A DNA stretch of 64,000 nt from the NCBI GenBank assembly GCA_051530055.1, contig CM121343.1:6232389-6296388 (forward strand), in the 5' to 3' direction. This DNA is from Neoechinorhynchus agilis (lineage: Eukaryota; Animalia; Acanthocephala). Shown piece by piece: positions 14,901-26,983 of this stretch. The stretch's first letter is position 1. Every line of letters begins with the position of its first letter. The notes under the pieces were generated by a model. The model worked only from the letters and a program-made list of their open reading frames with translations, was not told the origin of the DNA and ran no database searches. The translations under genes and the position numbers were made by a program.

Positions 14901-17778
14901 AAAGTTTCCATTTGAGATCGTTCGACAAATCCCAGACGAGAAATTAATAGGTATGTGATTTTAATCAGACAAATGACAGCTCAGTGGAAATGTTTGAAAA
15001 AAATAAGGATATTCTTAGTCATTTAAAGTGTTAAAAAATGACAAAATGTACTTTGAGGTTTCAATTTTATTTGGTTATGATTCCATTTGGCAGATTTCTT
15101 GGAATCTTGTTGATTTATCTATTAATTAGAGAAGTGTTTAGAAGTCTACATCCGCGGTCGAAATAATTATTTCTATTAAAGACGTTCTGCGAACCTCGTC
15201 GGGTTTTGTTTACTAACAAACTGAGATGATGAACCCTTTAAGAGGTTCGTAGAACGTCTTTTTAATCGAAATAATTATTTCGACCGAGGGTGTAGACTTC
15301 TAACCATAATAATTCTCTAATCACATTCCCTCCGGTATCTCACATATCGACAATTAGAGAAGTAACTTATCGTTAGCATCGGCCACTTTTTCAATTTTAT
15401 TTGGTTATGATTCCATTTGGCAGATTTCTCGGAATCTTGTTGATTTATCTATTAATTAGAGAAGTGTTTAGAAGTCTACATCCGCGGTCGAAATAATTAT
15501 TTCGATCAAAGACGTTCTGCGAACCTCGTCGGGTTTTGTTTACTAACAAACTGAGATGATGAACCCTTTAAGAGGTTCGTAGAACGTCTTTTTAATCGAA
15601 ATAATTATTTCGACCGAGGGTGTAGACTTCTAACCATAATAATTCTCTAATCACATTCCCTCCGGTATCTCACATATCGACAATTAGAGAAGTAACTTAT
15701 CGTTAGCATCGGCCACTTTTTCAATTTTATTTGGTTATGATTCCATTTGGCAGATTTCTCGGAATCTTGTTGATTTATCTATTAATTAGAGAAGTCTACA
15801 TCCGCGGTCGAAATAATTATTTCGATTAAAGACGTTCTGCGAACCTCGTCGGGTTTTGTTTACTAACAAACTGAGATGATGAACCCTTTAAGAGGTTCGT
15901 AGAACGTCTTTTTAATCGAAATAATTATTTCGACCGAGGGTGTAGACTTCTAACCATAATAATTCTCTAATCACATTCCCTCCGGTATCTCACATATCGA
16001 CAATTAGAGAAGTAACTTATCGTTAGCATCGGCCACTTTTTCAATTTTATTTGGTTATGATTCCATTTGGCAGATTTCTCGGAATCTTGTTGATTTATCT
16101 ATTAATTAGAGAAGTGTTTAGAAGTCTACATCCGCGGTCGAAATAATTATTTCGATTAAAGACGTTCTGCGAACCTCGTCGGGTTTTGTTCTAAAATACT
16201 GGATGATGAACCCGACGAGGTTCGTAGAACGTCTTTTTAATCGAAATAATTATTTCGACCGAGGGTGTAGACTTCTAACCATAATAATTCTCTAATCACA
16301 TTCCCTCCGGTATCTCACATATCGACAATTAGAGAAGTAACTTATCGTAAGCATCGGTCACTTTTTCAATTTTATTTGGTTATGATTCCATTTGGCAGAT
16401 TTCTCGGAATCTTGTTGATTTATCTATTAATTAGAGAAGTGTTTAGAAGTCTACATCCGCGGTCGAAATAATTATTTCGATCAAAGACGTTCTGCGAACC
16501 TCGTCGGGTTTTGTTTACTAACAAACTGAGATGATGAACCCTTTAAGAGGTTCGTAGAACGTCTTTTTAATCGAAATAATTATTTCGACCGAGGGTGTAG
16601 ACTTCTAACCATAATAATTCTCTAATCACATTCCCTCCGGTATCTCACATATCGACAATTAGAGAAATAACTTATCGTAAGCATCGGTCACTTTGAGAAG
16701 CTTAAAGCAATGCTCAATGGCGTAAAAGATACGTTATATCAGAAGTGGTCATTTTATAATCTGCCTTTATTACTTAGACAAAGGGTTTAGTTCTCTTTAT
16801 CGTTGCATTAAAGAAAGCACAAAAAGATTAAATCTCATCATAAAGGTGACAATGTACAAAAAATTATAGATTTAATTTTTAAGGTCGCCAAAACAATTAA
16901 TTTAGCTAAATTTGAATGATTCAATTATACGATATTAAAAAATTACCGATATATTATTTTTCTTTATAGAACGCATAGTTTGAGAAATTAAAAGCTTTAT
17001 CTATAAGGATTTTTGTCAGTATTTTGCCAATGAGCGTTCTCGATGGCGTTATTTAGGTTCCGTCGCCGAGGCTCTCTTTGATTATGAAGCACGAAACTCA
17101 GATGAGATTTCAATGAGGAAAGGTGATAGGATTGTGATTCGTGAAACTCGATTGGCTGATCCTGGTTGGTGGAAAGGTCGTAACGATGGTAGCATTGGAG
17201 TGTTTCCTGCTGGATACGTGCAAATCTTTTTGCAAGATTTATCCCAAGCTTCAAGTAGCAATGATCCAAGATTGATACACGTGGACGAAGCTGTGAACGA
17301 CGACAATCCATATCCACAATGTGGATTAAGCCTTAAAAATTCAGAACTTAGTTTTGAGCAGACAAGTAACAATAAAGCAACGCCTGATACGTTCTCCGAT
17401 TCCTTGATGCCATCTTCGGAAGCAGGTGAAACCTGTCAGAAGCGAATTAACGAGCAAGATGGAGTCTTGAGCAGCAATGCGCATTCTTCGCCGAGTTCCA
17501 ATTCGACAAACAACGTTAGGAGAAAAGAAGATGAAATGAGATGCCAAAGGAAGATAATTGACGACTCTACCGAGCGATTGTTGAAGACCGAAGAGCAAGT
17601 TTGTGAATTGAGGAAGGAAGTAATGGATATTAAAGAACGAATGTCTAAAATGGAAAGTAAATTCCAAATGAAGATTGAACAATTAAAATCGTCGATAGAG
17701 TTCCTGGTCGGCAGTTGGCGCGCGTCGTCAGAAACTAGTCCAACAAATGAAAAAATGAACAAAGAAGAGGGCAAATAA
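11943..17778 (+). CDS. CIN85/CD2AP-like adaptor: N-terminal extension, 3 SH3 domains (first two degenerate), C-terminal coiled coil
   Basis: Canonical SH3 GSVAEALFDYEARNSDEISMRKGDRIVI...ADPGWWKGRNDGSIGVFPAGYVQ (17057-17225). SH3-like segments at about 13060-13215 and 13530-13619 joined to 14854-14950, with splice phases consistent. Terminal coiled coil. The 5' exons and start codon are less certain. Confidence 0.72.
15059..16694. repeat. Intronic tandem array, 5 copies of a 320-330 bp unit, each containing an approx. 197 bp fold-back (family A)
   Basis: Unit start TCAATTTTATTTGG at 15061, 15391, 15721, 16041 and 16366. In copy 1, arm GAAGTCTACATCCGCGGTCGAAATAATTATT... (15141) is the reverse complement of ...ATAATTATTTCGACCGAGGGTGTAGACTTC (ends 15300). 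Confidence 0.96.
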
Positions 17779-18945
17779 GTTAAAACATTATACGTGTGTA
17801 CTTGTTTGATTTCGGTAAATATATCACGTCGCACAAAAATGCCGATCATCCATTTTTAATGAGTTTTGCTCATTAACTCAAATGCTCATTAGGTCCATAA
17901 ATTGACTCAAATGCCATAATTAGAAGAAAAAATATTAATGGAACGTCATTGTAGGAATAGATTTATAAACAGCTTTTAAATAAAAAATAAATCATTTCCC
18001 AAAACTTCTTTAAATCATAAAGAAAAATGATTTAATTTGACTAATATTTCGTCCTCTACGTGAAATATCTTTCTAATTAATTTTTTTTATTTTGCCTGAT
18101 CAGAAACAATCTATAACATCTTATTTAAGAGATAGGATGGGTAATTTAAAGAAATCATCGATTTATAAATTCTTAAGATTCTTATAATCTCACATCTTCA
18201 TTGAGCGGCAGTGCTTTTATAGGTCAATGCACACAATTTGCAGAAAACAACTAAAAATGATTTATAACTCTGTAGAAAAGCAAATGAACACGAGTGCGAC
18301 GATATACTTTAAAAATGAGAAAAAGATTAGAAAGCAATCCGATGCGTTTAGGGGGTTAATAAAATTCTAAGCTAAAATAGAAAAAAATTGATATTCAAGT
18401 AGTTACGCAATTTTTAGTAAAAGAGAAGATTTCGTTTTTTATTTCTGCGATAAATCAGATAATTACGTATAATTTTTTTATCCAAACAACGAAAAGAAAA
18501 TAAGCAATTGTTCGTGCCAGATTAGATTGGCGATCAAATTCCGCAATTGTGATTTTTAAAGTATTATTAAAAATTATTTTTTTGACCCTGAAATTAGAAG
18601 AACAGCAATGGACGAAATTAAATTTCCGCGATAATTAATAAAAAAAGATACCGATTTCGATAGGTTAAACGTTCAAAGTGAGTTGAAAGTGAAGAGGTTA
18701 AATTTAGTAACGTGTATAAAAACCGTGAGTACAGATTGAGAAGGGCTTTTTCTCTTGAAGAAAAGGTTCAGGCGATATTAACAAAGTGAACTTCTTGCAT
18801 ATGCAAATGGACACTCCCATAGCGGCTAAACGAAGATCGTTGTTTTCTCGAGTAGAATTTGATTGAAACAATATTATGGCATAGTGTGAAATTTAAACTT
18901 GCAATGGTTTTAGGTCATCTATAATATACGACGACCGGGTTCATA

Positions 18946-20663
18946 TTATGCAAACGGGTTTGGTTTTGATTCACCTGCTGCTTGACCGCTGTTACTGGTG
19001 TTTTTAGTATTACTCGATAATTCATTAAGTGTAGGTCCACGATTGGCAGCTGAAGCAAATGGATTCGAAGTGGACGGGAAGGCAGGTCGACTTTGTGGCA
19101 TAGTAAGTGGATTGCTGGTGGACGAGGAACCAGTTGCGAGAAATGGATTTTTGCTTCGTTCTTCATGCAAATTCGAGATTAAGTCATCTAAATTGACGAG
19201 GTCTTTATGCTCGCCTAAGAAGTCATCCGAACGGGATCCTGGTAATTTAGCTGATTTATGTTCAGTACTCGTAGATTCCAGTTTGTTTGCCGAAGGTGCC
19301 AATGCACCAGTCAGGTTATAGTAATCGAATGATTGACCAGAAGATTCCGTATGTTCAGGTGAGGAGACTTTTACATTATCAAATAAATCGTTCAGCTCCT
19401 TAAAGCTGTTTTACTTATGTGTACACGCTCCTGCCTCTTAAGCAAAGCAGCCGTGGTGATGTCAATACCTTTAGACTCTGTTGATTCCTTACTCGACGGA
19501 GGTATGGAACTAGAGTCAGTGGTCTTAAGAATTGCGGTTCCTGGTAATCCCCATGGATCCTCTTCAATACTTCCCTTATCGGATGCAGCCAGAGGCTCCC
19601 AAGGACCTGAAGGAGTGTTCCAAATGTCGCGATTTTTTTGAGACGAACTAGGATCGTAGTAGTGCTGGCTTATCCACGGATTAGCGGATACTGGTCGGTT
19701 ATGCAGGTTACTGCCACTTGCACTCTCCGTGCCTACTACGTTCAATAATGGCCAATCTGTACTAGATGTTTCCTTACCACTTCCTTCGGCTCCGGTACTT
19801 GGTTTCGAATCGGCCCAAACATCAAAAAGCCCGACAATGTCACTTTCGCTGGCGTGTTTACCCGTATCATGCAAAAGAGATTTTTGATGGGGCTGATTGG
19901 AGGCAGGTTCACCTTTGTCGTTACGTAAAGATTCTGACATTGCCAATGAAAGCTTTATATAATCGGATTTTCTAAGCTTCTCCTCTTCATCGGCTTCCTG
20001 TTTGGAAAGAGCTAAAGCCAACTGAACCTGTAAAGCTTCTTCCTCAGCATTCTCAGGGCGGGCGTAATCTTTAAAATGAAGTGGATCAGCTTCATATTGA
20101 ACATAGATACCACCGTCATAAGCAGGAAAACTAGATGATTCGAAATTGGCTGCTCGAACGGAGGAAGCCGCTAAATTCGACTCATAGCCTACCGGTTGGC
20201 CATGTTCTTGAGCAAACCTCTGTCTCAAAGCTTCAGCTTTGGCTCGTTCATTCTTAAGCCGCTCATCGTCTTTCAAAAGTGCAACCAATTGCTTAGCCTT
20301 TTCACGAACATTTAAACCTTGGTCCTTGTTACCTTCGATGTATTGGAAATCCTTTAGAGTTTGAATTGCAAAGATATTTTCTTTACATTGTTGGGCAACC
20401 CTGCGACTACCGTATTTAACGAGATAATCGAGTAAAACCAGTGACTTATAGACATGCCGCCAATTGCGTCCATGATCATTCAACCGTTTCCATACAATTG
20501 CCATAATTTCGGAAAACGCAACCATATTATAGGTGAGCTCGGCAATATTCTGCATCAGAGTCGTCGATGGGCCCCATGGATCATTTGATGTGGCTTCTCG
20601 GACTTTTCGAGCAGCATCAGAGTAATTGTAGACCACGTTTTTGATATTTCGTCGAACACTCAT
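18946..20663 (-). CDS. EPN: Epsin (ENTH domain, UIMs, DPW-like and NPF motifs)
   Basis: ENTH: MSVRRNIKNVVYNYSDAARKVREATSNDPWGPS...WKRLNDHGRNWRHVYKSL. UIM-like EEEALQVQLALALSKQEA. DPW/EPW motifs and three C-terminal NPF motifs. Confidence 0.96.
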
Positions 20664-21122
20664 CGATTACCACCTAAATCGTCTTCTATTGAATCTAAAA
20701 TTCAATATCGCTGGCCAAGTCGCCACCACCACCTCACGGAGCACGCAATTTAACGGAAAAAGGCGCTGGATTTGAAACGAACGAGCAACGTGCACTCCGC
20801 TACGACGACGACGACGACGATGATGTCACTCATTAATCATGAATATCCGCCTGAGGAGGTGAAAGACGACTCTCACGCTGAGAAGGATCATTCAGACTTG
20901 AGTTTCATCCACCAAGTGCAGCAGAGTACACAAGTTGAAATCAGTTAAATAGTCTTCTCGCATTACATAACAATGAAACTGACAGATGCTTGGAAAACAG
21001 CGCGCATTTGAAAATGGCGAACGCGCTATGACGTCATTTCATTTGACCGAGAGGGCGATTATGACGCGCGCGCGCGACATGGAAGCCTTTTGCGCCCACT
21101 GCGCCCTGGATTCGCCGCCCAA
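20664..21122. promoter_or_regulatory. Probable bidirectional promoter between epsin and SMC3
   Basis: 459 bp between head-to-head ATGs, CpG-rich. YY1-like AAAATGGCG at 21011, CRE palindrome TGACGTCA at 21029 and a CGCG run at about 21065. Confidence 0.55.
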
Positions 21123-24100
21123 ATGAGACTTAAAAAGTTAACTATAACGAACTTTACTTCGTATCAAGATTCGGGCGGTTCCGTGGATTTCGATCCACGT
21201 CTGAACGTCATCGTCGGTAGGAATGGGTCGGGTAAGAGCAACATTTTCCGGGCGGTCGAGTTCGTCCTGTGTGACTCAAAAAGTGAAGATGGAAAACTGG
21301 CTTTTCTCAACACAAACGTGAATCCAGAACTTGGAATGTCGGTGGAAATGATATTGTCATCTCGTGGAGAAGATACGATTTCTGGTGGCGAGACCAGCGT
21401 TAAGAGAGTCATGCAAGGCAATAAAGATCAATATTACGTTAATGGTAAACTAGCATCCAAAATGCAAGTGGCCAATCTATTACAGGCTTCTGGTCTTAGT
21501 GCTTCTAATCCTTATTTTATCGTTAAACAAAGCAAAATTAATGAAGTCGCTACTGCTCCTGATTCCATGCGGTTGCAGATATTCTATGATGTCATTGGTG
21601 CCAGTTATTACGAAAGGAAACGGGATGAAACTACTAATATAATGGCAAGCGCTGGGATGACCATTCAAAGGATATGCCACTTATCATCGACGTCATTACT
21701 GTTGATTTTGTTAAAGGGTTTTGTCATCCTGAAATTATTCGCTGCAAAATAGAAAATTAAAGTTTTTGCTTAATCATTGGTTCGAACTTATGCCGGTATG
21801 AAAGTATCATTGGGATGTTCTTTCAAAAGTTTTATCCTTTTTCTAAGCAGAATAAAAGCAAGGTTTATGGAGAGAAATCTGTTAATTATTGGGAATTTTT
21901 GCTGAAAAAAAGAAGCGTCGCTCACAATGATTTGAACGGTTAACTTATTAACTTTTTTTTAATTTTTGCGTTTATTTGCGAACGTGGTAACGAGTGCATT
22001 TTTGTGATTTTTTTATATCCCTACGGATCTCTTAAATTTATTTCCACATTACTAGAACACTTGTTTATAAAATTCTTTCAAAAAATTTTGCGTTTATACT
22101 AAGAACTATAATTTCGTTAGCTCATTATTTTTTAAATTCCCATTTTTGGAATTTATTTTTCATCCAAATGGTTTTATTTATTGGATATTTGTAATTTTCA
22201 CTCATCTTACATACGCCCTCAAGATTTCTTTTCTCAATGAAGCTGACTGTCTATTGTGGCTGCAGTAAAGCGCCGTTGATGTGTGGCTTAAATCAAAACT
22301 TCGAGTTTATAGATAATAGTCTCAAAACCTATGAAAATGATAAGGATGAATTTATAAAGTACTTAAAATTAGAAGCAGATAAGGGTTATTTATTGACGTC
22401 GATTGTGGACTCAGAGATTGACGATGCGCAGTCTCGGTTGGATCGTTTGTTTGACAGTCGCGAGGAGCTTGCAAAAGCATCGGATAAAATAAACCATGAG
22501 ATGTGTAATTTATCGTCGCTGGTCGCTGAGAAGGAACAAAAGCTTCGTTCATTACAACTTGAATTGGAAGGTTACCAGAACGAGCAACGAGTTTTGGCTC
22601 AAGGCTCTCGTTCATTGTACGAGCAGCAGTGTAATTTGGATGCAATGCTGGAAACTGCTATCAAAAGAATTGACTCTTATGAAAGCAACCACATCATGAA
22701 GATTGCGGAATGTGACAAAAAAATTGAGAACATAAAACAGAGTATTATGAAATCAAAAGAAGAAATTGAACATTTAGACGTATCTCTAAAGGGGAAAATG
22801 GACCTAAAAGTTAAGGCCGAACATCGACTTAAAACGCTATTCGATTCGGGTATTGATGTCTCAAAAGCTAGCGATGCTAAGGAAATAAAGGATTCGGTTG
22901 GAAAGGAGATGCGAGCTAAAAAGGCAGAGATGCGTAAATTTGAGAATCAAATTAAAAACGAAAACCGCAGTTTAAATGAGATGAAGGATTCTCTACCGGA
23001 GAAGGAGACGGGAATTGAAGCTGCCCTTGCGGATCTCAGCGCTCAATATACGATACTAGAGGATTGGAAAATGAAGTTTGCCAAAGCTCGTCAAAATGTC
23101 ATAGAAGCTACGGAGGAGAAGCAAAAAGTTCTTCATAACGAAACCGCAGCTAAAGTAAAGATAAATGAAATCAAGGATCACCTGCGTGATTTACGTGTTC
23201 AGTTGGCGCGATGGGTTGGTGAAAGGGTCGTCCATGGTGCTGATTGCATGCAAGAGATGATTTCGTCTTTAAAGAAGTCTAAGAAGCATCTAGAATTGGT
23301 TGCTGGTTATAGAGGTCTATTAATTGACATTATATCGACGGAAAAAGTGTTTTATTCCGCCATAGAAGTCACAGCCCGTGGTCGGTTATTTTCCCACATA
23401 GTCGATACCGACAAGAACGCTGCTGCTTTAGTCCATGAATACAATTTGCGGAAATACGGTGGAGTAGTCAACATTGTACCATTGAATAAAGTCGTACGAA
23501 CAGACGCACTGTCACTAATAGCGGCATGTAAGCAATCCAAATATCTTAAGTTTCCACTTTTTTCCAAGATCCGATGCCCAAAAGACGTTGAAGCCGCCGT
23601 GCAGCACATACTTGGACGATATGTATTGACGAACAATTTCTTTAAAGGAACCCAGGAAGCTATAGATTATGGTGTCAAATGCGTTTCAATCGAAGGAGAT
23701 CGCATGACTGAACCTGGCTTCTTAGACGGTGGTTTCATCGATCCAAGGAATTCAAAAATAGCCGCTCGAGAGCGATATTTAGCTCTGAATCAAACGCTAA
23801 AGGAACTGGAACTTGACTTGACTCAAATGGACGAGAGACTGAATGCTGTCGATGCTCGTTTAAACGTGGTAACGTGTGAGATGACGGATATGTCTACTAA
23901 CGTGAACAATGAAGAGAAAATGTACCAAAAATTGAATATCGAGTACAGGACGCTACAAAAAGGGTTTATCGAATTGAAAGAAAAAATTAAAGTTGGCGAA
24001 AAAAAGATAAAATCTCTCGAAGCGACTAAATTAGAATTGAGCCAAGTCTTAAATATTCTGTCTTCTGAGCTATCTGCTCCAGATTCTGAATTAGAAATTA

Positions 24101-26071
24101 TATCTGGAAAGAATATTAGATTAATGAACGATGATATTGAACGAATTACTGAGAAGAAGAAATTACTCGAAGGAAATCTTCTATCATTGATTGATTCAAT
24201 GGAACGTACCATTCTTGATAAGCATGCACTGTCCCAGAAAAGTTCAAAAAGCAGCGCAGAAGTAACTTTGGATAAATCGAAGATCGACATGCTTAAGGAG
24301 AATAAAAATGAACTTACAAAACGCATTCTAGAGCATGAAGATGATGTTAAGAAGATTTCAGATCGCATCCAACAGCAGAACTCTACAATCGAATCAGTAA
24401 CCCAAGAATTGCAGTCATTAAAGGAAAAAGAAGATTTTCTGAATGTGGACATTCAAAAAAGTCGAAGCGCGTTAGTCCACTGGTTTGTGATCCAATATTC
24501 ATTACTATTTGGATGGGTTTTTTAATTAGAAATTATTTTATGCCATGCTTAAAAGATGGAATTCGTAAATTGATTTTATAAAATGAAAATTACAGAAACT
24601 TTATCTATGAACGAAAACATAACCAGTACATCATCAAGATTATTTGTTGCACTAAAAACTTCCATGTCCTGTGTGTTCATTGCTTATCTTTATAATTGTC
24701 TTCTTTTAGAAAAATTAATTTATTCGTTCAACGCCTTCTTCATTCCCGGATTATCTTTACTTCCACAGTTGCTATTATTCCAAACGAAAAAAGCGCTTTC
24801 ACTTTCCGTAAAGAAGAAACAATACCTACAACAAAATATGTCAAATAGATCTTGTTAATTTTAGTTGACGCGAATAATAACTATCATACTAGGTGCTGGT
24901 GACCATAATCCCCGGATAAAACATATTTTGAATTGAGATATTTCGAAAAAGGAAGCCTAGATTTATCGATCATCCAACTGGTTTTTCTTGTTTGGTATTG
25001 TATGCCTCTAGTTCGCGTGTATTTTTAGATGACTGATGAGATGAGGCTTCCTCTTTCGAAATATCTCAATTCAAAATATGTTTTATTCGAGGAATACAAC
25101 TCTATCATCTTGAAGGATTTTTTGCAAGGGAGGAGGGTCCAGACAGATTCCCTTTTAGTGGTTAAACCTTATTAAAAAAATTTCGTTTGAAAAGTGTATC
25201 ACAAATTAGTGGAATATCAAAACTTTATGAAAAGGCAGCATTTTTACATGATCAAATCGAGAAATTGAATGGACGAAAAATAGAAATCGGCGTATCTACG
25301 AGTGATTCCAAAGAAAGGTGCAGTGGCATTCCTAGACATGAGTATTCAAAGAAAATTGACGAGATTAATCATGAGTTGGAGAAGTATAAGACATTGAACA
25401 AAAACGCGTTAGGAGATTATAAAGATTTTACTCTAAGACGCGAGGAACTTCGGAATCGATTTTGTCAGGCTGAAAGTGAAGGTATGGTAATTGACAACTT
25501 TTTAAAATTATCCGACGAAGCTAAAGCTCGGGTATTGAATGATAAATTTCAAGAATTTAGCACTAAGTTTACAGCAATGTTTCAAAAATTAATACCGACC
25601 GGTCATGCCAGTTTAACAGTGATGAAGATTTTAAATGCTACTTCAAGTGCGAGTACTAGTACAGCGGTTGAAGAAGGTAGTATTCCAAGTCAGATACCAA
25701 GTAATTGCGTGGGACTCGGGATTCATGTACGATTTAATCTAGATCAGAAATATGTTAGGAGTATCGAGGAATTATCGGGAGGACAAAAAACCGTTGTTGC
25801 AGTTGCGATAATACTTGCCCTTCAACAAGTGAATCCTGCTCCTTTTTACATTTTCGATGAAATCGACCAAGCATTGGATGATGAGTACAGAAGTGCAGTT
25901 ACAACTTTAATACATGAAATGTCTCGAACATCTCAGTGTCTTACAACAACATTCCGACCTGAACTTATTAATCTTGCTGACAAGTTGATTGGTGTTTCTT
26001 TTCAGAACAAAACAAGTTCCATGCGGGATATCGAACGAAAAACCGCTCTTGAGTTCGTTTCAAAAACTTAA
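21123..26071 (+). CDS. SMC3: Cohesin subunit SMC3 (divergent), 3 large exons
   Basis: Walker A GRNGSGKSNIF, NPYFIVKQSKI, hinge GYRGLLIDII...EVTARGRLFSHIVDTD...EGDRMTEPGFLDGG, signature LSGGQKTVVAVAIILALQQVNPAPFYIFDEIDQALD, TTTFRPEL. About 1,200 aa in total. Confidence 0.93.
24899..25095. mobile_element. Fold-back element, family B, in an SMC3 intron
   Basis: 24911-24958 is the reverse complement of 25044-25093 (AGGCTTCCTCTTTCGAAATATCTCAATTCAAAATATGTTTTAT). The end GGTGACCATAATCCCCGG resembles the sequences at 33842 and 55531. Confidence 0.85.
25030..25068 (+). ncRNA. Minimal type I hammerhead ribozyme motif with intact core
   Basis: TGA-CTGATGA-GATGAGG(CTT)CCTCTTTC-GAAA-TAT-C-TCA: 3-bp stem I, AUC cleavage triplet, palindromic AUAU stem III, imperfect stem II. 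Confidence 0.72.
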
Positions 26072-26983
26072 AAGGCGAATTAGAAGATATGTGAGCAATG
26101 ACACAATAAAGGTGATTCGTAATTTATCTCAAATCATTTAAAACGGAAATTACGCATTCCACCGAATTTTCGAGATGGTATGCATAATTTTTTAATCTTT
26201 GCCTTTGAATTATTTGTAAGAAAATTCAGTTCATATATCGCGAAGCCTTCGTTTATTTCGTAATTATTATCAATCTTAGTAGCGATTGAAAAGACCAAAT
26301 AAACATGATATAAAAACTTATTATTGGAAATTATTTGATCTACAATTTCTTGTCGATTTAATTATGTTTAAATTTAAAAACAATCGGAGAAATTGTATAC
26401 TTCATGCCAAGAAGGAAAAACTAAAAGGCCGAGGAAGATATGTCCTAAATCAGAATTAATAGAACCGGCTTGCCAGTAAAAACATTTAGGTTTAGATAAA
26501 ATTGAACAAAGTTGCAAACTGAATTTTTTTAACCAAAATTATTTATAATTTCGTGTTGGAACCCAATACTTCTTCGTCTTTAAGTTTCCATAGCCACCAG
26601 AATGCTTTTGCTGGAATATTCAAAACTGACATTAGTTTCGCATTCTTTCATTCGTTGATTTTTTTGTATATTGCATTTCCTGATTCGGTTTACACGTCGA
26701 TGATTGTTCTAAGCAATCGTTTTGAAAATTTATAATCAATATTATGCGTTCTTCAAACTTTGTTGTATTTCCGGTCCGAATAAAGTTCATCGGGACTACA
26801 ATGTAAAAGAACGTTAATCCTTGAAGTATCAACTCGTGTGAGTATCAAACTGAGGACATGTTCATCAAATAACAGCAAATTAGGACGATTATCGGAGTTT
26901 AGCCGTGCAATATCACAAAATGACGTTACTATGGTAATGGTTTTCGATTTTAAAATGGACTTAGCTAGAAGTACGTATTTACC

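Noticed and set aside
15139-15302. Tc1/mariner MITE with a TA target-site duplication
   Set aside because: Complementarity extends beyond the TA dinucleotides, a one-sided tail is conserved at 46455, and arms are less conserved than the core between loci.
19399-19424. Exceptionally short 26-nt intron in epsin
   Set aside because: An alternative in-frame GT-AG intron of about 100 nt (GTATTG...GTAAAAG) explains the junction equally well.
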